This document shows positions 31,213 through 40,383 of a DNA stretch of 64,000 nucleotides, piece after piece. The DNA is from Thermodesulfobacteriota bacterium. GTDB lineage: Bacteria > Desulfobacterota > Binatia > Bin18. The DNA is taken from the NCBI GenBank assembly GCA_964291405.2, contig OZ219926.1, forward strand, positions 3,584,001 through 3,648,000, written 5' to 3'. Position numbers and translations under genes: made by a program. Position 1 is the stretch's first letter. The number at the start of each line of letters is the position of its first letter. The notes beneath the pieces were generated by a model. It made no database searches. It had not been told where the DNA came from and saw only the letters and a program-made list of their open reading frames with translations.

Positions 31213-32118
31213 CTAAACGTCCTCGGCAAAGTAATTTTCGTCCATCTTTTTGATCTCATAGGTAGATTCGGTGACTACGCCGACGCCGTGCTGGATCATC
31301 AATTTTACCAACTCTTGTCCGTCAATCAGCCGAATGAACTTGCCGCTCGCTGAAATCGTCTGGGCGGTTTGTTCGGCGGTGTTGCTAAAGGTTGAGGTGG
31401 TAATGAGGACGCCTTTCGCGGCCCCTTCGGGGTCGAGGCTGCCGGAGAAGTTGCGGACCACTGGCTCGCCGACTTGATTAGACCAACATTTAGCTTGAAT
31501 ATAGACTTTCTCCAAGCCGAGCGGGTCCTGATCTATGATGCCGTCTATGCCTCCGTCGCCGCTACCCCCGACTACCTGACCCTCCCCGTAGCCCATTTCC
31601 TCCAGCAAGTTGACTACTAATTGCTCGAATTGGTCCGGCGCCAATTCCTTAATTTTTCCCAGCAACTCCTCTTCGAGGTTGGTCCGTAGTTGCTGGTAGA
31701 CCTGCTTCATCAGTTCCTTCTTGGGCGCGGCATTGGTGTCATGGTCAATGCCGGTATCCGCCGTTTCGGTTGCGTTGTCATTGGCTTGTTGAGACGCTAC
31801 ATGGAGCTGACGCAGATCAGCCGAGGTTATCTTGCCTTTATGTATATTGAGAAAATTCCGGCCCTGTTGAGTAATATACCAAGGGCCGCGTGGCGGATTA
31901 TGCATTAAGCCGGCTGTTTTCAAAGACCACAACGACCAGTCAGTCCGTTTTTTTATTAGTCGTGTCCCAGATGGAATCTTTTCTTGTCGCTCCTCATCCG
32001 AGAGATTGAACCAGTCGCTTACCAAGTCGGCTACGCGCTCTGGTTCCAAACTCTCGTCGACTGAGGAGGCAATTTCCAGAATTGGTCTATGCAGTTCAGC
32101 TTGCGTAGGTATAGCCAT
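31213..32118 (-). CDS. mrr: Mrr type IV restriction endonuclease
   Basis: Mrr_N winged helix (MAIPTQ...); FEQLVV.LL..MGYG, DGGIDG..DQDPLGL...YIQAK, LIDG..L. Confidence 0.92.
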   Translation of the reverse strand: MAIPTQAELHRPILEIASSVDESLEPERVADLVSDWFNLSDEERQEKIPSGTRLIKKRTDWSLWSLKTAGLMHNPPRGPWYITQQGRNFLNIHKGKITSADLRQLHVASQQANDNATETADTGIDHDTNAAPKKELMKQVYQQLRTNLEEELLGKIKELAPDQFEQLVVNLLEEMGYGEGQVVGGSGDGGIDGIIDQDPLGLEKVYIQAKCWSNQVGEPVVRNFSGSLDPEGAAKGVLITTSTFSNTAEQTAQTISASGKFIRLIDGQELVKLMIQHGVGVVTESTYEIKKMDENYFAEDV

Positions 32119-32167
32119 TATTTTGTGTTCCTTATCTACTTGTCTTGTCACAACGGAGGGAACGATC

Positions 32168-33064
32168 TTATCCCAGCGCGTCTTCCATCTTGGCCTTGAA
32201 ATCGCGCATGACCTGACAGACGGCCTCGGGCTTGGGCGCGGCGCAGGTGACGTGCAGTCCATGCAGACCCGCGTCGCGGTAGGCACGAATTTCGGCCACG
32301 GTGATGCCGGGGTCAACCATTGAGGTGATTTCCAACTCGGCATAATCCCGTCCGCCCGCTTCCATAAGCTGGCGCAGTTCATCAAAACGGTGCTGAATAT
32401 CACTCAGGGGCAGCGGGCCGATATGCCAACCCTGACCGAATTTAACCACCCGCTTCAGCGCCGGAGTGGACTCGCCCCCGACCCAGATGGGCGGGTGCGG
32501 TTTTTGGGTTGGCTTGGGAGCAAAATGCAGGTCGCGGTTGATCTGGACAAACCTGCCATCGAAACGGGGCGTTTCGTTCGTCCAGACCTCTTTCATGACG
32601 GCAATATATTCCCGTGTACGGGGTGCCCGCTCTTTATACGGCACACCGAGCAACTCGAACTCATCCGCCATCCAGCCCACGCCGGCCCCAAAGATCACCC
32701 GTCCGCCCGACGCCACATCAAGCGAGGCCACGACCCGTGCCATCTCCAAGGGATGACGATAGGGAACAATCGTTACGCTGGTTCCCAACCTGACCGTTTT
32801 GGTGACGGGAATGAGCAGGGCCAGGACGGTGAAGGCGTCCATCCATTCCATTGAGGTAAACACCGAATAGGGGTCCTGGCCGCGCGCCTGGGCCGCGTCA
32901 ACATAGGGATAGATCGAGTCGATCTTTTTCGGAATAGTAATATGGTCGCCGGTCACAATGCTGTCATAACCGAGTTCTTCCGCAGTCTCGCCGATTTTGC
33001 GTGCGCCATCGACCTCGCGCAACGCGGCCCCACCACCCACGTGCAGTCCGCAATACATTGCCAT
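32168..33064 (-). CDS. LLM class F420-dependent oxidoreductase
   Basis: DHI..P, PYRHPL..A..VASLD..SGGR.IFGAGVGW, PKP.QKPHPPIWVGG. Confidence 0.88.
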   Translation of the reverse strand: MAMYCGLHVGGGAALREVDGARKIGETAEELGYDSIVTGDHITIPKKIDSIYPYVDAAQARGQDPYSVFTSMEWMDAFTVLALLIPVTKTVRLGTSVTIVPYRHPLEMARVVASLDVASGGRVIFGAGVGWMADEFELLGVPYKERAPRTREYIAVMKEVWTNETPRFDGRFVQINRDLHFAPKPTQKPHPPIWVGGESTPALKRVVKFGQGWHIGPLPLSDIQHRFDELRQLMEAGGRDYAELEITSMVDPGITVAEIRAYRDAGLHGLHVTCAAPKPEAVCQVMRDFKAKMEDALG

Positions 33065-33094
33065 AGAAAATTCCTCCTGTTGTGTCGGACGCGG

Positions 33095-33856
33095 CTACTG
33101 CGCCACAATCCCACCATCAACGGCCATGGCGTGGCCGGTGACGAACGAGGCCGCGTCGGAGCACAGCCAGACTGCGGTTTCGGCAATTTCTTCCGGCTGA
33201 CCCATACGGCCGATGGGCTCGCCGGCTTCAATCTTCTCGAACATTCTGGGCCGGCGTTCTTTGAGTCGGCCGACCATGGACGTATCAATAATACCCGGAC
33301 AGACGGCATTCACCCGGATACCGGATTTGGCATATTCCAGGGCTGCGGTTTTGGTCAGACCGACCACTCCGTGCTTGCTGGCCACATAGGCCGGCATCCG
33401 CGGCGCCCCAAGCAGCCCGGCGGCTGAGGACGTGTTGACGATAGCCCCGCCGCCGTTTTTGAGCATCTGCGGAATCTCGTACTTCATGCACAGCCATACT
33501 CCGGTCAGATTAATCGCAATCACCGGGGCCCAGTCCGCCTCGGTATAATCCGCGGTTGAGGCCAGTGCACCCTCAATGCCGGCGTTGTTATAGGCGCAGT
33601 CCAGGCGGCCGTAGGTCTCGACCACCGCGCTCACCATGGCCTCGACTTCCGCGGCCTTGGACATATCGGCCTTAATACAAAACGCTTCGCCACCGGCGTC
33701 CTGAATCATCTTCACGGTTTCCTCGGCTCCGGCCACATTGACATCGGCCACTGCGACCTTGGCGCCTTCGCGGGCAAATATCTGGGCCGCGGCCCGCCCG
33801 ATACCCGAGCTGGCCCCGGTGACCAGGGCGACTTTGTCTTGCATCAAATCTGTCAT
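33095..33856 (-). CDS. Short-chain dehydrogenase/reductase (paralog 1)
   Basis: [17 protein letters not shown]. Confidence 0.95.
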   Translation of the reverse strand: MTDLMQDKVALVTGASSGIGRAAAQIFAREGAKVAVADVNVAGAEETVKMIQDAGGEAFCIKADMSKAAEVEAMVSAVVETYGRLDCAYNNAGIEGALASTADYTEADWAPVIAINLTGVWLCMKYEIPQMLKNGGGAIVNTSSAAGLLGAPRMPAYVASKHGVVGLTKTAALEYAKSGIRVNAVCPGIIDTSMVGRLKERRPRMFEKIEAGEPIGRMGQPEEIAETAVWLCSDAASFVTGHAMAVDGGIVAQ

Positions 33857-33972
33857 TCTTTTTCCTCCTTATTTTCAGAACGAAATGTATCATGTCCCGA
33901 TGTTATCGAGCCGTTTATGCCTCTGGCTCACCCGACCTACTGACTATCCGAGCGCTAGTGGGAAGGACTGTT

Positions 33973-34182
33973 TCAATCTGAAGAGAAGAGAGGTTCCATC
34001 GAGACCTCAACGTCCTTTTTTTGTACGACCTTGGACGCATCGAGGATTTCAATCTCCAGTGGTCTTCCTTTTGCGGACAGGTGAACAATGATCCCTTCAC
34101 CAACATCCTTGGAGTCTGTAGGTATTCCTTTGCGGAATTGGATAATCATGACATCTGCATCAGGAGAATATGCGATCTTCAT
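33973..34182 (-). CDS. DUF2283 putative antitoxin
   Basis: MKIAYSPDADVMII...G.P.EIEILDAS; overlaps the toxin stop. Confidence 0.8.
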   Translation of the reverse strand: MKIAYSPDADVMIIQFRKGIPTDSKDVGEGIIVHLSAKGRPLEIEILDASKVVQKKDVEVSMEPLFSSD

Positions 34183-34507
34183 AGGTCCCTCGTCCTTGAA
34201 AGTAGCGTTCCGATACAGGATTGTACACAGTGACAACAACCGGCATGTCTGCTTCGTATTCGTAAATGACTCGCAAAACGTGCCCTCTCGTTCGACGATG
34301 AGCAATAAAACGTCCCCGATGTCCACGGAGAACTTCTTCTGGATAAAGAAGTGTTCGTAAGGTCGCCTGGACCGTGAGTCGCCATTTGTTTATCCGCCCT
34401 AGAACATGAAAGGTCAGCAAGAGTGAGGCAGATTTCTTCTTTGCTTGTACTTCATAAAGCTTCCCTCGCGGATGATCATGCACTGCAATGATTATAATTT
34501 CGTGCAC
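34160..34507 (-). CDS. DUF4258 (RelE/BrnT-like) putative toxin; start uncertain (GTG 34507)
   Basis: LTFHVLGRI, LRVIYE, VVVTVY. Confidence 0.7.
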   Translation of the reverse strand: MHEIIIIAVHDHPRGKLYEVQAKKKSASLLLTFHVLGRINKWRLTVQATLRTLLYPEEVLRGHRGRFIAHRRTRGHVLRVIYEYEADMPVVVTVYNPVSERYFQGRGTYEDRIFS

Positions 34508-34532
34508 AGTGTTTCCATCGCGAAAGCCGTCT

Positions 34533-35294
34533 TTATTGCGCAACCATGCCGCCATCGACGGACATGGCGTGACCGGTGATGAACGAGGCCGCGTCCGAGC
34601 ACAGCCATACCACCGATTCGGCGATTTCCTGGGGGATGCCCATGCGACCGACCGGTTCAAAAGAGGCCATCTTTGCGGCCCGGTGGGGACGGTGACCGGT
34701 CAGCCGGCCCATCATGGGCGTATCAATTGCGCCGGGGCAGACGGCATTCACCCGGATGCCGGATTTGGCGTATTCCAGGGCCGCGGTTTTAGTCAGGCCG
34801 AGCACGCCATGCTTGCTGGCCACATAGGCCGAGCCCCGGCGGAAACCGAGCAGTCCGGCGGCTGAAGACGTATTGACGATCGCGCCCCCGCCCTGGGTGA
34901 GCATCGGCGGAACCTCATACTTCATGCACAACCACACGCCAGTCAGATTGATCGCAATCACTTGGTCCCAATCCGCTTCCGTATAGTCGGTTGTCATCAT
35001 CGAGCTGCCCTCAACCCCCGCGTTGTTATGGGCCGCGTCCAGCCGTCCGTAGGTCTCGACCGTCTTGGCAACGAGGGCTTCGACCTGCGCGGCCTGCGAC
35101 ACATCCGCGCTGACAAAGAGCGCCTCACCGCCAGCCTCCCGTATGAGGCGGACCGTCTCTTCCCCACCTTCAATCACAACGTCGGACACCACGACCTTGG
35201 CCCCTTCCCGGGCGAAGGTCAGCGCGGTCGCGCGGCCAATACCCGAACTGGCTCCAGTAACAAGGGCGACTTTGCCCTGCATCAAGTCTGCCAT
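34533..35294 (-). CDS. Short-chain dehydrogenase/reductase (paralog 2)
   Basis: [17 protein letters not shown]; highly similar to 33095-33856. Confidence 0.95.
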   Translation of the reverse strand: MADLMQGKVALVTGASSGIGRATALTFAREGAKVVVSDVVIEGGEETVRLIREAGGEALFVSADVSQAAQVEALVAKTVETYGRLDAAHNNAGVEGSSMMTTDYTEADWDQVIAINLTGVWLCMKYEVPPMLTQGGGAIVNTSSAAGLLGFRRGSAYVASKHGVLGLTKTAALEYAKSGIRVNAVCPGAIDTPMMGRLTGHRPHRAAKMASFEPVGRMGIPQEIAESVVWLCSDAASFITGHAMSVDGGMVAQ

Positions 35295-35468
35295 GTCTAT
35301 GCTCCCTTCATTCCTCTTCTTAACGTACGCTGAGCCGTTCTGTAGAGCCCTCTACGAGTCGATTGAGAGCGTCCTCGTGCTCTCTATGAAACGGAAGATC
35401 ATACCTGAGCGCGAGCGAGCCAGGTTTCAGAACCGCGGGCCGTCGAATCGTTAGGACTGCCTCCGGTG

Positions 35469-36158
35469 TCAGCGCCGTTGCCCCCAGGTATCCCAATGCG
35501 TGCACTCCCGGCCGGGGACACGTTTTGCGGGTTTGAACTCCACCCCCTTGGTGTAGGCGACTGGCAGGAACGCCACTTGGGTCAGATGATCGGGAATGCC
35601 CAGGATTTCGGTTATCTCCCGCTCGAAGGGCACATGAATGGTGGTCAGCACCGAGCCAAGGCCACGAGCCCGCAACGCCAGGAGAAAGGACCATGTTGCG
35701 GGTAGAATCGAAGCGAACAGCGAGGTCTGAGACGCTAGTCCCGCATTTTCCATTCGGCCTTCGATACACGGGAGGACAAAGACCGGAACCTCGTGGATGT
35801 GCTCGCGCAAGTACACCGAAGATTCGAACAGACGATCGAGCTGGGCGGAGCGGATGTCGTTGCGGGGACGCTGCAGAACGCTGGCCAGATATTGATCCGG
35901 AACAGCCTTCCCCAGGTTATAATCATCAACCGCTCGTCTATAGATATCGGCCAGTGCTGCACGTTTGGTCGGATCGGTCACTACAACGAAATGCCACGTC
36001 TGGCCCAGAAGACCAGTCGGAGCCTGGACGGCGATCGCTATGCATTCCTCAATCACTTCAGGTTCTACCGGCCGGGTGAAGTCAAGGCGCTTACGCACCG
36101 CCCGCGTGGTTGTAAGAATGTAATCTATGCTGGCCATGTCCATGCTTGCGAAGTCCAT
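35469..36158 (-). CDS. Nitroreductase family protein
   Basis: TTTRAVRKRLD..RPV, QAPTG, WSFLLALRARGLGS. Confidence 0.9.
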   Translation of the reverse strand: MDFASMDMASIDYILTTTRAVRKRLDFTRPVEPEVIEECIAIAVQAPTGLLGQTWHFVVVTDPTKRAALADIYRRAVDDYNLGKAVPDQYLASVLQRPRNDIRSAQLDRLFESSVYLREHIHEVPVFVLPCIEGRMENAGLASQTSLFASILPATWSFLLALRARGLGSVLTTIHVPFEREITEILGIPDHLTQVAFLPVAYTKGVEFKPAKRVPGRECTHWDTWGQRR

Positions 36159-36228
36159 TGCTCCCTCCCATTCATGGTGCCTGTCCTGCCGCGCTCCGTA
36201 GTCGCCCACTATCGCTTCTTGGGACGCT

Positions 36229-36678
36229 TTAGCCCTGCGCCAGCCGTCTCCGTGCCACGAGCCCGTAGACGAGTACGGAGCTGGCTATCAGGCATAGGAT
36301 CGTCACTGCCAGGAAGAGGAGATTGACAAAATTGTTCTTCCATCCCAGCTCGAGAGCAAACTGAATACCCCGGACGTTCCAAAAGGGCTGCAGAAATTCC
36401 CCAAGTACATTGAGATAGCCCTGGAGAATAATGAAGTTCACCGTGCGGACCTTCCATCGCTCTGACAGCGTTGCGAACTCGGTGAGATAGGCAAAGAGGA
36501 TGACGATGAATCCGTTCAGTAAACCCTGAATGTGGGCACCCACGAGTTCTCTGGCGTCGTAACCCGACACAAAGCCTGCCGCAACAAAGAATGCAAACAG
36601 GCCGATCAGAAAGCCGATAAGGAGCAATATCCCGGCATGTAAAGCCGCACCGCTCACGGGGGTTTCCGCCGTATTCAT
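36229..36678 (-). CDS. Four-TM membrane protein, styrene oxide isomerase (StyC)-like
   Basis: AH..G.LNG..VI, G..NV and RGI.F align with StyC AHSGPALNG, GWSNV and RGLTF. Confidence 0.55.
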   Translation of the reverse strand: MNTAETPVSGAALHAGILLLIGFLIGLFAFFVAAGFVSGYDARELVGAHIQGLLNGFIVILFAYLTEFATLSERWKVRTVNFIILQGYLNVLGEFLQPFWNVRGIQFALELGWKNNFVNLLFLAVTILCLIASSVLVYGLVARRRLAQG

Positions 36679-36877
36679 ATGGCTCTCTCCTTTAGTCGAG
36701 AACTCATACGGGAGTATACGCAGCTTTAATTCCAGAAGTCAAAGAACAATGGCGGAGAGGGCCGTGTCCCCGTATGTATCTTCCTCCGCTCCTTCCAGAG
36801 GCAAGGAAGTAGACATTACCGACTCTACTCGTCTCAGCCGACACCTGCTAAGACCACATGCAAGGAGGGAGACACTC

Positions 36878-37834
36878 ATGCCGAAATGGAATTATACCAA
36901 AGGGCTCCACGATCTGGGGAATGGCCTGTTTGCCTATCTCCTGCCCGACGGTTCGTGGGGCTGGAGTAACGCCGGGCTGGTGGTGGATGGAGATCAGTCT
37001 CTGCTGGTTGATACGCTCTTTGACCTTGCTCTCACGCGGGAGATGCTGGTTGCCATGCAAGACGCGACCGGTGCGGCACAGTCGATCAACACGCTGGTGA
37101 ATACCCATGCCAACGGTGACCACTGGTTCGGCAATCAACTCGTGCACGGCGCGCAAATCATTGCCTCCAAGGCGTGCGCGCAAGAGATGGAAGAACTCCC
37201 GCCCAGCCGTCTCGCCGATATGATGACAGCCGCTCCCAATATGGGTGAGCTGGGCGAATATCTCACCAGGATTCTCGGCTCATTCCGCTTCGACGATATT
37301 ATCCCCACCCATCCCTCGCGTACGTTTGAGAAACGTCTCGATCTCAAGGTGGGAGACAAAGACGTCCAACTCATTGAGGTCGGCCCTGCCCATACCCTGG
37401 GTGATGTCCTGGTCTATGTGCCCGACGAGCGGACGATTTTCACCGGAGACATTCTTTTTATTGACGGGACGCCACTGATGTGGAACGGCCCGATCGCCAA
37501 CTGGATCAAGGCGTGTGAGCTGATGCTTGCCCTTGACGTTGAAACCGTGGTGCCGGGGCATGGGCCGATCACCGACAAGCGCGGCGTCGAGTCGGTCAGG
37601 GGATATCTGCAATATATTGAAAAGGAAACCCGCGAGCGCTTCGACGCCGGCCTGTCTGCAATCGAGGCGGCCAATGATATCGCGCTGCACGATTACGCCG
37701 CGTGGGGGGATGCCGAGCGCATTGTCGTGAACGTCAACACGCTCTATCGCGAGTTCAGCGGCGAAACCGCGGCCCCGAGTTTTGCCGACCTGTTCGGAGG
37801 CATGGCCACTTGGGCGAAGGGGCGGCAGCATTAG
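36878..37834 (+). CDS. MBL-fold metallo-hydrolase (cyclase-like)
   Basis: THANGDHWFGN, AHT.GD, TGD, VPGHG. Confidence 0.9.
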   Translation: MPKWNYTKGLHDLGNGLFAYLLPDGSWGWSNAGLVVDGDQSLLVDTLFDLALTREMLVAMQDATGAAQSINTLVNTHANGDHWFGNQLVHGAQIIASKACAQEMEELPPSRLADMMTAAPNMGELGEYLTRILGSFRFDDIIPTHPSRTFEKRLDLKVGDKDVQLIEVGPAHTLGDVLVYVPDERTIFTGDILFIDGTPLMWNGPIANWIKACELMLALDVETVVPGHGPITDKRGVESVRGYLQYIEKETRERFDAGLSAIEAANDIALHDYAAWGDAERIVVNVNTLYREFSGETAAPSFADLFGGMATWAKGRQH

Positions 37835-37972
37835 GAGCCCTTTATCAGCGAGGCCAAGACCCTGCGGGCGGCGGCGTCAAGGTCCCCCGTACGAGGGTAG
37901 TGTCTCCCTTTGAAATTGGTACTCCTCTGCGTTCGTCACACTATTCCTTCCTGTCCGAGCGCCTGTGGTAAT

Positions 37973-38072
37973 AGTCGAGTCTCGCTCCCGTCTTGAGAGC
38001 CCCAGGCGGGAGTCAGGGGACGATTTTCCTCCCAAACTGGTAGGGGCAGACGCCAGCAGTTGTGTCTAGATG
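37973..38072 (+). promoter_or_regulatory. Conserved upstream element with hairpin, copy A (before Cache gene 1)
   Basis: Homologous to 40214-40323; stem GCTCCCGTCT/AGGCGGGAGT. Confidence 0.5.
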
Positions 38073-38160
38073 TCCGGGAGCCCTCCTCTCGGCGTCCGTA
38101 CCCTACATGGACCACGCCGGGAGCCCCACTGGCCCTTTCTGCAGGACTGACCGCCGTCAG

Positions 38161-38202
38161 TTCCTTGTAAGATTATGAGGTTTCCTTATAAGATTATGAG
38201 GT
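38161..38202. promoter_or_regulatory. 21-bp tandem direct repeat (putative operator)
   Basis: ttccttGtaagattatgaggt / ttccttAtaagattatgaggt. Confidence 0.55.
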
Positions 38203-38412
38203 CAATGCCTCTGCCCCTGCCTTACTTTAGCTGTAAACGAAGGCTCTCGGATGAGAGGGAAGGGCATACCGAACGCGGAGGAGAAAGAAATTCAAACTGA
38301 GACACTACCGTCGCCAGGGGATTCTTTACATACGAGCCAAACTCATTATATATACGTTCAGACTGTATGCATGTCCAGGATGCATTTCACGTCTGGAAGG
38401 AAGGAGCTTCAC

Positions 38413-40110
38413 ATGGCCGCAGGAATAGACATTCAGTGGGAACGGAAAAACGGGGCTTTGGTTGCCGCGACATCGCTGATTCTTGTGAGCGGCCTGCTCG
38501 TGCTGGCCGGCATCTTTTCCAATGTACGCCCGGCCTTCGCGCAGACGCAAATCGAATGTCCACTGCCCGCCGGCGTGACTCCGCCCGCGGACCCACGTGT
38601 GACGGCGAAACAGGTGGAAGACGGCCGCGCTACCCTGATGGACTTCGCACTGGCCGTGAGAGAGCGGTCCAGAGAGCATTCCCAGCAGGCCACGACCGTG
38701 GAACAAGGTCAATCCACGACCGTGGAACAAGGTCAATATATCGGATGTATCATCAGGCAGGAGGGCAGTCCCTGGCGTTCCGGTTCCACGTACATCGTAA
38801 CCCTGACGACCGACGGCAGGGTGTACATTCACGCCAAGGACATGGCATTGTCGGGCAGGCTGCTCAACCCCTTGATTTACGCAGAGATCCTTTCCGCGCT
38901 GGGCGTCTCCCCAACCGATCTCGCTAACCTGGCTTCTCCCGATCCTGGCACCGCCGGCCCCGCTCTCCAGGCCGTCCTTGCCGCATTGTCGCAAGAACCG
39001 GATGGCGCTTTCGATGCGACTGCCTCTATACCCGGCGCCTCCGGCCATGCCGCCGTCTATGTCTCGTCCGAATTAGGGGCCGCTCCGATCGTGCTGCTCG
39101 CCGGATTCGATCTCAATGAGTCTCATTTGGTCTCCATTGACGATGAAACAATCGATTACGGTGATCCGGCCGTCACCGCCAGGGACGTGGTGGACCGTGA
39201 GACCTTGAAGGCCTTTGTCACGCAAGCGGGGGAGTTCTTTCTTGAAATCATGAGTACCGGCAATGTAGCGGCGGCCTCGAAAGCCCGGATCGCCTTTCGG
39301 GATCCGAACGGGCCGTGGAGACATGGGTCCGTGTACATTGCCGTGTTGCAACCTGCCACCAATCTCATCCTGTTTCACGGAGCGTTTCCGGATCGGTTCG
39401 AGCTTCGACAAGCAGGGATTTCCCGCGACGCCGTGACCGGAGAGCTCATCGTGGATCAGCTCACCGCCGCGGCGAATAGCGGCCCGGAAGGCGGTTTCTG
39501 GGAGTATCACTTCGACGATCCCGCCGACGATAGCGATAGCGCCGACATCCCCAAGGTGGGTTACGCCCGCGTGTTCTCCGGTCAACTCCCGGGGCCGGGC
39601 GGAACCACGATCCCCACCGACTTCATCATCAATTCGGGATTTTATGTGAGCCCAGCGGGCACAGGGGATCTGGTGGGGGTGCTGGAGAATCCGGGGCCGG
39701 ACTCGTTTCAGAGTGGGGTGAGCGCGCTGTGGGGCTGGGTATGCGACGCCGCGATGGTGGAGATCGAGATCGAGACCGCGCAGGGGGAGGTCGAGCCGTA
39801 CAGGGCGATGTATGGCATGGAGCGGTTGGATACGCAGGCTATCTGTGGAGACACGAATAATGGGTTTGTGTTGTTATTCAACTGGAACCGGTTGGGCGCG
39901 GGTGACCACATGGTCACCGCCTTGGTCGACGGGCTCGAACTGGGCCGGGCGATGGTGCGGGTGACGACCGTAGGCGAGGGGGATCAGGAGGAGTTTCTGC
40001 GCGGGGCGATGGGCGAATGTGTGGCGGAGGACTTCCCGCAGCTGGGGCAGAGTGCCTTATTGGAGTGGCAGCAGAATAGCCAAAACTTCGTCATTACGGA
40101 TGTTCAGTAG
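38413..40110 (+). CDS. Secreted Cache-like domain protein with conserved C-terminal module (copy 1)
   Basis: Signal peptide ending AFA; DPNGPWRHGSVY..FHG..GGFWEY.F..P..KVGYAR Cache motif; AAGGAG RBS. Confidence 0.8.
   Translation: MAAGIDIQWERKNGALVAATSLILVSGLLVLAGIFSNVRPAFAQTQIECPLPAGVTPPADPRVTAKQVEDGRATLMDFALAVRERSREHSQQATTVEQGQSTTVEQGQYIGCIIRQEGSPWRSGSTYIVTLTTDGRVYIHAKDMALSGRLLNPLIYAEILSALGVSPTDLANLASPDPGTAGPALQAVLAALSQEPDGAFDATASIPGASGHAAVYVSSELGAAPIVLLAGFDLNESHLVSIDDETIDYGDPAVTARDVVDRETLKAFVTQAGEFFLEIMSTGNVAAASKARIAFRDPNGPWRHGSVYIAVLQPATNLILFHGAFPDRFELRQAGISRDAVTGELIVDQLTAAANSGPEGGFWEYHFDDPADDSDSADIPKVGYARVFSGQLPGPGGTTIPTDFIINSGFYVSPAGTGDLVGVLENPGPDSFQSGVSALWGWVCDAAMVEIEIETAQGEVEPYRAMYGMERLDTQAICGDTNNGFVLLFNWNRLGAGDHMVTALVDGLELGRAMVRVTTVGEGDQEEFLRGAMGECVAEDFPQLGQSALLEWQQNSQNFVITDVQ
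38690..38737. repeat. In-frame 24-bp tandem duplication (TTVEQGQ x2)
   Basis: ccacgaccgtggaacaaggtcaat occurs twice. Confidence 0.9.
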
Positions 40111-40215
40111 GGGCGCCACATGCATTGCCCCTCCTTATTATTCTGAAACAGCGGCCTCGCCTGGTCGGCGCGACTGTGTCCGTTCAAGACCACGGCCGAG
40201 AGCCTGCGGTCACAG
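39620..40215 (+). repeat. 596-bp direct repeat, copy 1 (identical to 41486-42081; 39629-40098 matches 43268-43737 with 1 mismatch)
   Basis: Direct comparison by eye; offsets 1866 and 3639. Confidence 0.92.
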
Positions 40216-40323
40216 TCGAGACTCGTTCCTGTCTTGAGAACCCAGGGCGGGAGCAAGATAGGAGCAGTGACGATTTTCCTCACCAATTAGTAGTGACAAC
40301 CAGCCGACAATTATGTATAGATG
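40214..40323 (+). promoter_or_regulatory. Conserved upstream element with hairpin, copy B (before Cache gene 2)
   Basis: Stem GTTCCTGTCTT/AGGGCGGGAGC with loop GAGAACCC; shares gacgattttcctc with copy A. Confidence 0.5.
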
Positions 40324-40383
40324 CCGAACGGCCCTTCGTGCCCGTGGGAGTGTCACGTACGGGAGCCGAGAGAGGACCTGAAG

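Noticed and set aside
32119-32403. N-terminal extension of Mrr in the ORF track
   Set aside because: Overlaps the LLM gene in another frame; Mrr homology starts at MAIPT
34508-34660. N-terminal extension of the DUF4258 ORF
   Set aside because: Off-frame overlap with the SDR 3' end
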